Below are positions 19,273 through 28,543 of a stretch of DNA of 64,000 nt, in pieces (positions within the stretch are counted from its first letter, which is position 1; every line of letters starts with the position of its first letter). Source of the DNA: a virus; the IMG/VR virus record IMGVR_UViG_3300045253_000023, positions 64,001 to 128,000 of that record; one strand, 5' to 3'. A program made the translations under genes and the position numbers. Below the pieces are notes generated by a model. The model saw nothing but the letters and a program-made list of their open reading frames with translations. It was not told where the DNA came from and did not search any database.

Positions 19273-19347
19273 GTGTCCGTAGTATAGAGGCAATTATTCC
19301 TTCCTTCCAAGTAGGAGATGTGGGTTCGATTCCCACCGGATGCTCCA
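19273..19347 (+). tRNA. tRNA-Gly(UCC)
   Basis: CTTCCAA loop, TCCA. Confidence 0.85.
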
Positions 19348-19353
19348 AAATGA

Positions 19354-19428
19354 CGCGGAATAGAGAAGTGGCATCTCGCTTGGCTCATAACCAAGAAATC
19401 GTGGGTTCGAGTCCCTCTTCCGCTACCA
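19354..19428 (+). tRNA. tRNA-fMet(CAU)-like
   Basis: CGCGG start with C1 mismatch, CTCATAA loop. Confidence 0.85.
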
Positions 19429-19480
19429 TTCACAAAGAGGCAAAATGTCCACATTGGGTTCGGCAAACAAAACAGAACCA

Positions 19481-19948
19481 GTGACATTGAAGGAATTCAT
19501 CCTCACCGAATCCTTTGAACCAGTGTCCATTCCATATGGCTTTGACTTCAAAATGAGAAACGGCAGATGGGATCATCTGGGTGGGTTTGATTACACTTTC
19601 TTCACTCTTGATGGTCTGTACTACATGGTGACATTGAAGAAGCCAAGTGGAATTGTTTCCTTTGGTACTTCAGATGAAAACACCACAGACCCAGGCTTGT
19701 ATGATCAAACACCATATCAAGCCAAAGATGCGCTACATGTTTTCAATAGCGTGATCTATGTTGCACTCCAAGGCGCCAAGAATCTCGGTTACACAAGACT
19801 CAGATTTGACGCAGCGAGCCGCGCCTTGGGTCGAGTATATGACGCAATGGTTCGCAACAAATTCTTGATCGACAAACTTGCTGGATATGGTTGGAAGTAT
19901 CTTGGCAAAGATGATGACAACAATCATATGTTTGGTCGATCCAAATAG
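19481..19948 (+). CDS. Hypothetical protein, probably head-packaged
   Basis: GTG start gives MTLKEFILTE. Confidence 0.55.
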   Translation: MTLKEFILTESFEPVSIPYGFDFKMRNGRWDHLGGFDYTFFTLDGLYYMVTLKKPSGIVSFGTSDENTTDPGLYDQTPYQAKDALHVFNSVIYVALQGAKNLGYTRLRFDAASRALGRVYDAMVRNKFLIDKLAGYGWKYLGKDDDNNHMFGRSK

Positions 19949-19954
19949 TTCAAT

Positions 19955-20030
19955 GCCCCTGTGACGGAACGGCATACGTGTCAGTCTCAAAAGCTGAATT
20001 TTGTGGGTTCGACTCCCACTTGGGGTACCA
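19955..20030 (+). tRNA. tRNA-Leu(CAA), short variable arm
   Basis: CTCAAAA loop. Confidence 0.85.
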
Positions 20031-20039
20031 AGTTTTTTT

Positions 20040-20102
20040 AGAATGCATACAGCCACCAAACCAAAGTCAAACCTGTTAAGTCTGACGACTAAATGCATTC
20101 TG
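20040..20102 (+). ncRNA. CAGC-handle RNA 2
   Basis: agaatgcat/atgcattct stem + ACAGCCACC; inner hairpin with CTGTTAA loop. Confidence 0.7.
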
Positions 20103-20110
20103 TGAGTTTT

Positions 20111-20224
20111 AGGTTGCCTACAGCAAACATTTCTATTGGTTCGACTCCAATACCTGCCGCCAAAACTGGCAAGTTCGCTCAATGGTAGAGCAATGGGCTA
20201 ATACCCCATCTAATGTGCAGCCTG
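20111..20224 (+). ncRNA. CAGC-handle RNA 3 (permuted tRNA module)
   Basis: aggttgc/gcagcct stem + TACAGC; T arm, acceptor, D arm, anticodon arm in that order. Confidence 0.78.
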
Positions 20225-20692
20225 TATTTCGTTGTCTATACATCATGAGGATATCTGATATGGTCCGTCATCTTCGTAAGGGTCGATTCGCTCTTCAGCT
20301 GCGCCGTGAAACGGCATTGAGGAATCTCAACAAGAGGATTCCACTGATTGAGCAAGAGATCGACAGATTGACCAAGGTCGGAAAGTTGACAGACATGTCA
20401 ATCCTCTTGAAGCAAGTTGATGGCAAGCACACACGTGCACTCGGTGAGAGACAATCACTGCTTCAACATGGCATCGCATAATGAGTGACTGTCCGTGGGT
20501 CGGAACTTCCAAAGAGAAGGACTGTCCTGTTGCCAAGAATGCTCCAGCCAATTGTCCATATATGAAGTCTTGTTTGTCGTTGCTTCCTCGCTTCGAACAG
20601 CAAGCCTTCCTCAACAAGAACAAACAGTCTGAGAAGTCAATCTCATCTCAGGAACTACTTGACAATCTATTGAAGTCAGGGAAACATTTATC

Positions 20693-20983
20693 ATGATGCC
20701 ACAAGTCGCTGACTTTGCCAATGGATCATTTGAGATCATTGGCGCCATCTGCAATTGGTTGAATGTTGCCACCTATTTGAAAGATCGTGTGGTGCGTGGT
20801 GTGTACTGGCCAACTTCATTCTTCTACATCGGTTGGGGTTTGTGGAATCTGTTGTATTATCCTTCGCTTGATCAGTGGTTTTCATTTGTCGGTGGTTGCT
20901 TCTTGACCGCAGGTAACATCACTTGGATCGCGTTGGTGGTCTATGACAAGGCTTTACTTTCACGCAGGACTCAGGTACAATAG
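20693..20983 (+). CDS. PQ-loop/SemiSWEET-like membrane protein
   Basis: Three hydrophobic helices, KDRVVRGVYW...WGLWNLLYY. Confidence 0.55.
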   Translation: MMPQVADFANGSFEIIGAICNWLNVATYLKDRVVRGVYWPTSFFYIGWGLWNLLYYPSLDQWFSFVGGCFLTAGNITWIALVVYDKALLSRRTQVQ

Positions 20984-21008
20984 GGTCTTGTGATACAAAC
21001 AAATCAAT

Positions 21009-21085
21009 GCACCTGTGATGTAACTGGTAAACGTGTTGGACTCAGAATCCAAATTGTGTGAGTTCGAATCTCACCAGGTGCACCA
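21009..21085 (+). tRNA. tRNA-Leu(CAG), short variable arm
   Basis: ttgga-CTCAGAA-tccaa. Confidence 0.88.
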
Positions 21086-21094
21086 AAGTTCAAT

Positions 21095-21174
21095 GCGTGC
21101 GATTGTGGGTTGGTAACTGTCTGATCAACAGTATGGTAGACCCTGAGAGTGATGAGCACTCCTCGCGCGCTCCA
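21095..21174 (+). ncRNA. Aberrant tRNA-like RNA (GAU loop, TCCA end)
   Basis: gcgtgcg/cgcgcgc stem; actgt-CTGATCA-acagt; no TTC loop. Confidence 0.5.
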
Positions 21175-21179
21175 AATAT

Positions 21180-21264
21180 GGGTTGTTGGCAGAGTGGTTA
21201 TGCACCAGACTCTTAATCTGTGACGGAAACGTCAATCTGGGTTCGATTCCCAGGCGACCCACCA
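21180..21264 (+). tRNA. tRNA-Lys(CUU) with long variable arm
   Basis: CTCTTAA loop; gacg-gaaa-cgtc variable arm. Confidence 0.85.
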
Positions 21265-21286
21265 CTATTCGTTATGAGAGGGACAA

Positions 21287-22075
21287 GTGAAGATCATCAG
21301 CAAGTTCAGAGACTTCTATGATGGAGTACAACGCACATCATTTGATGAGCATGTTCTTTACATCAGAGAAACCAAGAACATTGAATTGCAGTCTCACAAG
21401 TTTCTTCCTGTTGACCAAGACCGCTACAATGTTCTTGGAAACAGAAGTCGTTCGACATTGTTCTGCGCAGTACTCACCACGCGCAACTATGTCGCAAAGC
21501 TGGAAGGCAACCTGCTGTGTTTCTGCGGCAAGACCTACACACTGTTTCGTGTCAAGATTTACAAGAATGAATATCGATACTATGAGATGAACGACCCGAT
21601 TTGGGTTGACACTTTCCCAACATGGAAGGATGCGATGGTTTGGATTCAAACTCAAACCAATGAAGAGTTCATCATCCCAAAGTATCGAAACAAGGCAGGG
21701 CATCTTCTTGGCTATAATGAAGAAGATGCCCTGAAGGCACTTGAGACTAAGGCAAATGAGCCTTGTGATCAAGTTCATCTGGAATTCAAGAGTCCTGTCG
21801 TGTTGTTTCGTTTCAACAAGACTCGACAAATCAAAGCAAACTATTTGACACCAACGTTTGAAATTGTTGTCAACCCATGTTTGAAGGATTATCACTTCCA
21901 GCGCATCATGGATGCATATGGAACGTTTCAGGAAATCTTCATGTACCAAAGTGGAGTGCTGGCTGGTCCAGAACGTCCCATGGTGCAACTGAGCGACAAG
22001 ACCCTTATAAGTAAACATGGATTCGATGTGAAAACTTCCTTCAGGAAAGCGAAGGAAACACATCACAAAGGTTAA
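21287..22075 (+). CDS. Hypothetical protein
   Basis: 262-aa ORF MKIISKFRDFYD...HGFD.KTSFRK. Confidence 0.7.
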   Translation: MKIISKFRDFYDGVQRTSFDEHVLYIRETKNIELQSHKFLPVDQDRYNVLGNRSRSTLFCAVLTTRNYVAKLEGNLLCFCGKTYTLFRVKIYKNEYRYYEMNDPIWVDTFPTWKDAMVWIQTQTNEEFIIPKYRNKAGHLLGYNEEDALKALETKANEPCDQVHLEFKSPVVLFRFNKTRQIKANYLTPTFEIVVNPCLKDYHFQRIMDAYGTFQEIFMYQSGVLAGPERPMVQLSDKTLISKHGFDVKTSFRKAKETHHKG

Positions 22076-22080
22076 CAAGT

Positions 22081-22396
22081 GGGATGGGTACAGCACCAAA
22101 TCTAACAGAAGGCTTCGGCCATGATGTTAAACTCGGAGGCTAATTTGTGGAAGGTCCAGAAGACCTGTCTACGATGCAAGAGAACAAGAGTTGGGTTCTC
22201 CCAAGGCCATATAACAACAATGGTGTTGAAAGAGCACTATGATCTTGTCAGAGTCACAGTGGCGTGAGTGGAAGTCTGTAATCCTTCGGGTCATCAATTC
22301 TTAGTAGTTGATGTTGGATGGAAGCACATAGCACTTGAAAGAACTGAATAGGGTCCGTCACCGAAAAGACGCCTGTAAAGCCAGGAAACCATCCCG
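22081..22396 (+). ncRNA. CAGC-handle RNA 4 (316 nt)
   Basis: gggatgg/ccatccc stem + TACAGC enclosing many hairpins. Confidence 0.65.
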
Positions 22397-22411
22397 AATA
22401 CTTTTTTCAAT

Positions 22412-22488
22412 GGTGACCTAGTTGTATCTGGTGTGCATAGCTGCCTGTGAAGCAGCTGGAGAGAGTTCGATCCTCTCAGGTCACCCCA
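22412..22488 (+). tRNA. tRNA-His(GUG)
   Basis: G-1:C73, CTGTGAA loop. Confidence 0.88.
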
Positions 22489-22649
22489 AATTTTCAATGA
22501 CAAGGAGTGTCAAATGCTTACCCTCGTTCTCTGCGCTGCATCGTTTGTTGCTGGTCACGTTCTTGCTTGGCCAACCTGGCTGCAGAATGCTTGGGCCGCA
22601 ATTGTTGCAAAGTTCAGCTCAAAAGTCGAATAAGAAACACAGTTTTAAT

Positions 22650-22738
22650 GGAAGGTAAACCAGCCAGGGCGCTGGGCTTGTTTGCTAAACAAAGCGTTCG
22701 GGCAACTGAATGGTTTTCGATTAACCTGCCTTCCTCCA
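22650..22738 (+). tRNA. tRNA-Ser(GCU), 8/4 fold
   Basis: 8-bp acceptor stem, 4-bp T stem, long variable arm. Confidence 0.8.
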
Positions 22739-22745
22739 CAGTTTT

Positions 22746-22819
22746 AGGATCAATTCAGCAACCAAATCGCGGCCCACGTGGCTGCACCATGGACTGGTAG
22801 CCTCGCTACTCTGATCCTG
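22746..22819 (+). ncRNA. CAGC-handle RNA 5
   Basis: aggatca/tgatcct stem + TTCAGCAACC. Confidence 0.7.
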
Positions 22820-22827
22820 TATTTTAT

Positions 22828-22903
22828 GTTCCCTTCGTCTAGTGGTCTAGGATACCAGCCTCTCAAGTTGGGCACACGGGTTCAAATCCCGTAGGGAACA
22901 CCA
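22828..22903 (+). tRNA. tRNA-Glu(CUC)
   Basis: Canonical cloverleaf. Confidence 0.9.
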
Positions 22904-23020
22904 ATTCATAGAAAGTGAGATTCACATGTCGTTACAACATTTGTTGATCGCAGAACAAGATGGCTATACTATCCAGTCTCTGCTTGAATTTGTCATCTTC
23001 TCCTGAAGGAATTCCATATC

Positions 23021-23224
23021 ATGAGCAATGCAACTCTTCCATCCAAGTACCAACTGTTCGCTCAAGTCGCATACAAGTATGACAACAGCGATCCAGAAAC
23101 TCGTATTGGTCAGGTTGTTTCCGTCAAGTTCACTCCATCAGATGTGATTTACAATCTGGTGAATTTCAAGACAGGTGAGCTCAACGTTGATGTTCCTGAA
23201 GAGTTTGTTTCGACAATCAACTAA
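23021..23224 (+). CDS. Small SH3-like beta-barrel protein
   Basis: GQVVSVKFT..VIY; paralogue of 23436-23633. Confidence 0.55.
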   Translation: MSNATLPSKYQLFAQVAYKYDNSDPETRIGQVVSVKFTPSDVIYNLVNFKTGELNVDVPEEFVSTIN

Positions 23225-23238
23225 GTACACAACACCAC

Positions 23239-23313
23239 GCTCCAAAAGCATTAGTGGCGATGCAGTTGCCTTGTAAGCATCAGAAGAGGGTTCGATTCCT
23301 TCTTGGAGCACCA
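23239..23313 (+). tRNA. tRNA-Thr(UGU)
   Basis: CTTGTAA loop. Confidence 0.88.
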
Positions 23314-23435
23314 AATTGAAACCCTCGCTCGGCGGATCGCCTTAGATCAAGATGGCAACACTTTCTTGAAGCCTAGGACTCCGTGATCAGGTAACCAATC
23401 CTTTCCGAGCGACATCTTATTATGGAGATACACAT

Positions 23436-23633
23436 ATGTCTGGATCATTCACGTCAAACTTTGCAATCGGCGACACAGTTGTAGCATCTGTCGGTCTTAC
23501 CGAAGTTCAACATGGTGTTGTCGTTGCAGTTCGATTCACAAAGGGCAAGGTGTTCTATGACATTCTTGCTGACTATGATGCCAGGGTGTATCTCGAAATT
23601 CCATCGGATGATGTGAAAGCCTACACACCATAG
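23436..23633 (+). CDS. Small SH3-like beta-barrel protein
   Basis: FAIGDTV...GVVVAVRFT..VFY. Confidence 0.55.
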   Translation: MSGSFTSNFAIGDTVVASVGLTEVQHGVVVAVRFTKGKVFYDILADYDARVYLEIPSDDVKAYTP

Positions 23634-23756
23634 GCAACCAGTTGTGCGCATAGGCGAGTCATCGACCTGTAATTCGATGTCCTACCAGCAAACGTTATGC
23701 TGTGACCGTATGGAACAGACATGCCGCCAGGGACCGTAAGTCCCCATGAATTCAAA

Positions 23757-23833
23757 CGTGATCTGCCAGTCTGGGTGAATGGCGCAGTCTCATAAGCTGT
23801 CGAAGGTGAGTTCGAATCTCACGATCACGACCA
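23757..23833 (+). tRNA. tRNA-Met/Ile2(CAU)
   Basis: CTCATAA loop, ACCA. Confidence 0.8.
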
Positions 23834-24109
23834 CATTTATCTGGAGTTTACATTATGTCATCCGTGCCTCTCTCCAAGATTCAAGATGATGCTCCACTTG
23901 CGGCTGCCTCAGCCTCAATCTTCACAAAGCCTGTAGAAGACAAGTATGTTGGCGCTCGCCACAGCATCAAGCAAATCAAGTTGTTCCTGTCTCGTGCTAC
24001 TTCCAAGGCTGAGCGAAAGGCCATCGTGTCTCTCGCAGGTGTTGGCAAGAGGACTCATCGAAAGCACTAAATATCCTTGATAATTGACCTTGTTGAGGAT
24101 GATGACCAC

Positions 24110-24586
24110 ATGACAACTGCGGCCTGGGATGGAATTACACTTGCAGCTGATACGCTTGCAGCTGGAGAATCTGGATCATGTGAAGTAACAAAAATTCATA
24201 AGGTCAAAACCACAGGATTTGATGACCAAGAGGAAACAGTCCTATTTGTCGCGGATGGTGGACTTGAGTATGGGCCCATCATAGCACACTGGATTGCCGA
24301 GGGCATGCTAGAGGACCAAAGGCCACCCATCAAAGCCAAGTCAGACTTCCATGCGATTATCATCCGCCAGAATGGTGATGTGTATTACATGGAAGATGCG
24401 CTGGTCCCCATCAAGATTCACAACAAATTCTTCTCCATTGGTTCTGGCAACAATTATGCCATGGGAGCAATGGAAGCTGGTGCTGATGCTGAGGAATCAG
24501 TCAAAATCGCCAGCAAGTATGATCCACACACAAATGGACACATCGAAACATTGAGTTTTGAAGATTGTCCAGCTTTGTTTGTGTAA
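24110..24586 (+). CDS. HslV/proteasome-beta-like Ntn hydrolase
   Basis: N-terminal MTT..DG..LAAD; SIGSG..YAMGAM; D..T.G. Confidence 0.75.
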   Translation: MTTAAWDGITLAADTLAAGESGSCEVTKIHKVKTTGFDDQEETVLFVADGGLEYGPIIAHWIAEGMLEDQRPPIKAKSDFHAIIIRQNGDVYYMEDALVPIKIHNKFFSIGSGNNYAMGAMEAGADAEESVKIASKYDPHTNGHIETLSFEDCPALFV

Positions 24587-24593
24587 AAACAAT

Positions 24594-24670
24594 GCGTCTG
24601 TAGCTTAACTGGACAGAGACTCTGGCTTCGAACCAGAGGGGTGTGGGTTCGACTCCTGCCAGGCGCGCCA
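24594..24670 (+). tRNA. tRNA-Arg(UCG)
   Basis: tctgg-CTTCGAA-ccaga. Confidence 0.88.
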
Positions 24671-24932
24671 AGAGTTTATGCGGAAGCAGCTGGTAAGAAC
24701 AGCACGTTCAAGACCGCCATCCTGGACGTGTATGCTAAAGGGTAAGTGAGGATGGCTCACGAAAGACTAACCGCGCGTTGGTTTCCCTAAAGGTTGGCTC
24801 CCTGGGGAGTTGCTACAATTGGTGACATGGGCCGCAAGCCTGAAGAATCCAACTTCCGCCCTCTACACAACGAAACTTCTTTGACAGTCTTCAACTCAAA
24901 CATGTTTGTGCAACAAAAAGAGGAGAAGCATT

Positions 24933-25292
24933 ATGCGATCTATAATTCTATCCACAATACTTGCATTTGTCATTTCACTGGCATCTGTTTCCACACCAGC
25001 AAATGCTGGAGTTCGATTCGATGTACAAGTGCCTGTTGGTCCAGTCGTTATCTATGATGACGTTGACCTAGTTGACTCCGATGCCTGGGTTGAACCAGAA
25101 CCAGGTGTGATTATTGACTTCGGAGATTGCTGGCACTGCTATTGGAATGGTGGTTTCTGGATTGATACCCACGGACATCGTTACTTCCCACATCATGAAC
25201 GCCGAGAAGGCTTTGACCGCCATGAACATGAATGGCGCCACCATGGTGAACGACATGAGCATCGAGAATATCGAGATCATGACCGTCACTAA
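24933..25292 (+). CDS. Secreted protein with His/Arg/Glu-rich tail
   Basis: Signal peptide, YWNGGFW, HEH repeats. Confidence 0.65.
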   Translation: MRSIILSTILAFVISLASVSTPANAGVRFDVQVPVGPVVIYDDVDLVDSDAWVEPEPGVIIDFGDCWHCYWNGGFWIDTHGHRYFPHHERREGFDRHEHEWRHHGERHEHREYRDHDRH

Positions 25293-25374
25293 GTAATTGA
25301 TTTGGTGAAGTTTAATTTCGCTTTACTTTCTCCATTGACAGGCGTATAATAAGGCCATCAATGGAGAAAGTTAT

Positions 25375-25821
25375 ATGAAAGATCAAGCACTGTTGCTCGG
25401 AGAGATGATTGCTCTTGCGGCAATGGGTCACAAAGATCAGCTGGATCGTGGTGGTGCCGCATACTTCCTGCATCCGCTGCGTATTCTGTTTCGCCTGCGC
25501 ACTCGTGACAATGAGTTGATGCAAATGGCAGCAGGACATGATCTAGTGGAAGATTCAAACATCACTCTGGATCACTTGCGCGCCCTTGGATTTTCTGAGC
25601 GTGTGATTGCTGGTCTGGACTGTCTGACGCACCGTGAAGGTGAGTCATATGACGCCTACATAGATCGCATTGCAACCAATCCGGACGCAGTGCGTATCAA
25701 ACTTGAAGACCTGCGAGATAATTCTGACATCACTCGAATGAAAGGTGTCCGAGACAAAGATGTTGAACGTCTCAAGAAGTATTTCCTGGCGTTCCAGAAA
25801 TTATCTGCTCTTGTAGTGTAA
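25375..25821 (+). CDS. HD-domain (p)ppGpp hydrolase-like protein (Mesh1/SAH type)
   Basis: H.DQ.DRGG..Y..HP, HDLVED, IKLEDL.DN. Confidence 0.85.
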   Translation: MKDQALLLGEMIALAAMGHKDQLDRGGAAYFLHPLRILFRLRTRDNELMQMAAGHDLVEDSNITLDHLRALGFSERVIAGLDCLTHREGESYDAYIDRIATNPDAVRIKLEDLRDNSDITRMKGVRDKDVERLKKYFLAFQKLSALVV

Positions 25822-25901
25822 CTGGATAGCACCGACGGCCTTATACACCGTGCGCAGCCGATTACTGCCGAGCCTGAGTTCGATTCTCAGCAAGAGCACC
25901 A
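25807..25901 (+). tRNA. tRNA-Ile(UAU) with long variable arm
   Basis: CTTATAC loop; gcag/ctgc variable arm; ACCA. Confidence 0.75.
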
Positions 25902-25916
25902 CCACATGGAGTTATC

Positions 25917-26417
25917 ATGGCAACAGTGACATTGAAAGACGGAACTGTACTTGAGATATATCGCAACTACAATGACGTCAACTTTGTGATGCTGGATGAA
26001 GCAATCAAGAAAGTCAACATCCTTCGACACAAGAAAACATTCATTCAGTGGTTGTTGCGCCGTCCCGCCAAACAAATGGCATGGACACTCTTCTTCATCA
26101 AGCTGCAGGATTGGATTCAGGAACAGAATCTTGGATATTACTGCTTCAGTGAAGATCAACATCCGAACTTCGATGAAGTGTTGAAATATGGAACCTTCCT
26201 GCTTGGCGGTGTGGTTGCTGAAGCGATTGCCAAAGAACAACCATGTGTGATTGTTGACTTTCAACCAAAGGTCAACAAGGAACAAGAAATCAAGCATATC
26301 AAACCAAGAGTTGAAGACACCAAGCCTGATTTCAGACCAATGGTGGACAATGGCAAGTTCAAGATTTCAGAACTTCAACCAACAAAAGATGCGCCAAGAA
26401 TTATCTTGGCTAAGTAA
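25917..26417 (+). CDS. Hypothetical protein
   Basis: GGAG RBS, 166 aa. Confidence 0.6.
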   Translation: MATVTLKDGTVLEIYRNYNDVNFVMLDEAIKKVNILRHKKTFIQWLLRRPAKQMAWTLFFIKLQDWIQEQNLGYYCFSEDQHPNFDEVLKYGTFLLGGVVAEAIAKEQPCVIVDFQPKVNKEQEIKHIKPRVEDTKPDFRPMVDNGKFKISELQPTKDAPRIILAK

Positions 26418-26427
26418 CAAATACAAT

Positions 26428-26503
26428 GCCTGTCTCGGCGTCTGGTGATTCCATCCTCCTTACAAGTGGACACAGGTGAGTTCGATTCTCACGGCAGGTA
26501 CCA
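26428..26503 (+). tRNA. tRNA-Val(UAC)
   Basis: CTTACAA loop. Confidence 0.8.
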
Positions 26504-26511
26504 AATTCCAT

Positions 26512-26586
26512 AGTTCCTCAGCTCATCGGTAGAGCATTTGGTCGACATCCAAAAGGCGGTCAGTTCGATTCTGACAGGAACTACCA
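26512..26586 (+). tRNA. tRNA-Val(GAC), C33
   Basis: tttgg-TCGACAT-ccaaa. Confidence 0.85.
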
Positions 26587-26635
26587 TTTTACAATGTACG
26601 AGAAGAACATCTTCCTCGACATGATCAACAGTTTT

Positions 26636-26701
26636 AGGCTGTCTACAGCAACCAAGCGCCTTCGGGCACTTTCCTATCCAGGGAATCATAAGCACAGCCT
26701 G
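26636..26701 (+). ncRNA. CAGC-handle RNA 6
   Basis: aggctgt/acagcct stem + TACAGCAACC. Confidence 0.75.
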
Positions 26702-26709
26702 CTAGTTTT

Positions 26710-26802
26710 AGGATACCTACAGCCAACAATTACTGCGATTGGTTCGCAATTTGCCTTAAAAGCAAACCTAGATGGTTCAATTCCATCGTACCGCGTATCC
26801 TG
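26710..26802 (+). ncRNA. CAGC-handle RNA 7 (tRNA body with UAA loop)
   Basis: aggatac/gtatcct stem enclosing D-like, anticodon and T arms. Confidence 0.75.
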
Positions 26803-26825
26803 ATTTCTCTTATTTCAACAGTTTT

Positions 26826-27004
26826 GGAATGCCTACAGCCTATATCCGCATTTGAAGCCGAAGGTCGTGTGGTTCGATTCCCACCTGCTCCACAAGAGTG
26901 ATTTGCTCCAGTGTCATTGTCTTTCTCCAATAGTTAGCAAAATCACAGCAGATCACTCTTTTGGGGCAGTAGCTCAGTGGTAGAGCAGCGTAATGCGCAT
27001 TCCG
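26826..27004 (+). ncRNA. CAGC-handle RNA 8 (YrlA-like permuted tRNA module)
   Basis: ggaatgc/gcattcc stem; T arm, extended closed acceptor stem, canonical D arm. Confidence 0.8.
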
Positions 27005-27069
27005 TTTCTATAATGTAACCATAAGGCCACAATCCCGTGTGCCTGTTTTGATGAAAGAGGAGCATCACC

Positions 27070-28476
27070 ATGAACGCACTTTTGAATGCAATGAACCAGA
27101 CTGGTCGTACTGCGAATGGCGCAGCAACCAACTTGTCTTCGCAGTCGGCTGTTGTCGATTTGTTCTTCCTTGCTGGCGCATCACGCGGCAAAGATATCAC
27201 CAAGGCATTTGAACGTGCACTTGGCGAGAATGAAGACCTGGCAATCCGTATTCTCTTGTGGCTTCGTGATGCTCGCGAGGGTGCAGGTGAGCGTGATCAG
27301 TTCCGCAACCTGTTGAAGTATCTTGTGTCCACTGGACGCAAGGAACTCGCAGAGCGTGTGCTTGCACGTACTCCATTCCTCGGTCGTTGGGACGACGTCG
27401 TTGAGTTCCTCAATGGTGAGCTGTACCCAACTGCTGTTCGCTTGATTGAAGGCGCACTCGAGAAGCAGGACGGATTGTGCGCAAAGTGGATGCCACGTAA
27501 GGGTCTGCTTGCTGTTACATTGCGTCAGGCATTGAATCTTTCGCCAAAGCGATACCGCAAGACATTGGTCAACCTGTCCAACACTGTTGAGCAGGCAATG
27601 TGTTCTGGTGATTGGAACGACATCAACTTCTCGCATGTTCCATCGGTTGCTGCTGCGCGTTACCAGAAGGCGTTCACTCGTCATGATGGTGAGCGTTACA
27701 GTGCATATCGTGAAGAGTTGAAGAAGGCACCAGCTGATCGTGACCCAAAGGTCAAGATCAACGCAAAGGCAATCTTCCCATATGACATCGTCAAGTCTGT
27801 TCGCAGCGGCGATCGTGATGTGGCTTCAGCCCAGTGGTTGGCACTGCCAAACTTCTTGGAAGGTAGCGATGAGCGTCTGATTGTTGTCGCAGACGTTTCT
27901 GGTTCGATGAGTTCACCTGTCTCGCAGGGAACAACTGCAATGGATGTTTGTATCTCCCTGGCAATGTATCTCGCAGAGAGACTCGAAGGTCCATTCAAGG
28001 ACACATTCATCACGTTCTCGCAGCGTCCAGTGTTGCAGCGTCTGAAGGGACCATTGTACTCGCGTATTGAGCAGTTGAACAAGGCTCAGTGGGACATGGA
28101 CACCAATTTCGAGGCAGTGTTCAATCTGATTCTGAAGGCAGCGGTCGACAATGACGTTCCTCAGAGTGAGATGCCAACAAAGATTCTGGCGATCTCCGAC
28201 ATGGAGTTCAACGCATGCGGTGGATCACGCGTCAACTCGACACTGTATGACGCAATCAGCAAGAAGTACGCTTTGGCTGGTTACGAAATGCCAGGAATTG
28301 TGTTCTGGACTGTCAATGCTCGTGAGGGCAATAACCCAGTTACAATCCGTGACGCTAACACAGCGTTGGTGTCTGGTTTCTCGCCAGCGATCGTCAAGAG
28401 CGTTCTTGGTGGTAAGGACATGTCCCCAATCTCAGTGGTCCTCAAGACAGTGGGTGTGGATCGTTACAACTACTAA
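27070..28476 (+). CDS. DUF2828-family TROVE/Ro60-like protein with C-terminal vWA domain
   Basis: T.NGA, LRDAREGAGER, GRWDD, AKWMPR, VPS.A, DVSGSM, TNFEAVF, ISDMEF, IVFW, VSGFSP. Confidence 0.88.
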   Translation: MNALLNAMNQTGRTANGAATNLSSQSAVVDLFFLAGASRGKDITKAFERALGENEDLAIRILLWLRDAREGAGERDQFRNLLKYLVSTGRKELAERVLARTPFLGRWDDVVEFLNGELYPTAVRLIEGALEKQDGLCAKWMPRKGLLAVTLRQALNLSPKRYRKTLVNLSNTVEQAMCSGDWNDINFSHVPSVAAARYQKAFTRHDGERYSAYREELKKAPADRDPKVKINAKAIFPYDIVKSVRSGDRDVASAQWLALPNFLEGSDERLIVVADVSGSMSSPVSQGTTAMDVCISLAMYLAERLEGPFKDTFITFSQRPVLQRLKGPLYSRIEQLNKAQWDMDTNFEAVFNLILKAAVDNDVPQSEMPTKILAISDMEFNACGGSRVNSTLYDAISKKYALAGYEMPGIVFWTVNAREGNNPVTIRDANTALVSGFSPAIVKSVLGGKDMSPISVVLKTVGVDRYNY

Positions 28477-28491
28477 GAAGATGTAACATTC

Positions 28492-28525
28492 GTGTGGGAG
28501 CAGATCATCGCTCCCACACCTTTTC
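28492..28525 (+). terminator. Rho-independent terminator
   Basis: gtgtgggagc/gctcccacac + TTTT. Confidence 0.8.
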
Positions 28526-28543
28526 ATATAGGAGTTTGAACAT

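Noticed and set aside
26636-27004. Tandem GTTTT..TACAGC repeats as a CRISPR array
   Set aside because: Repeats are not identical, spacings vary widely, each unit is closed by its own covarying stem, and no cas genes are present.
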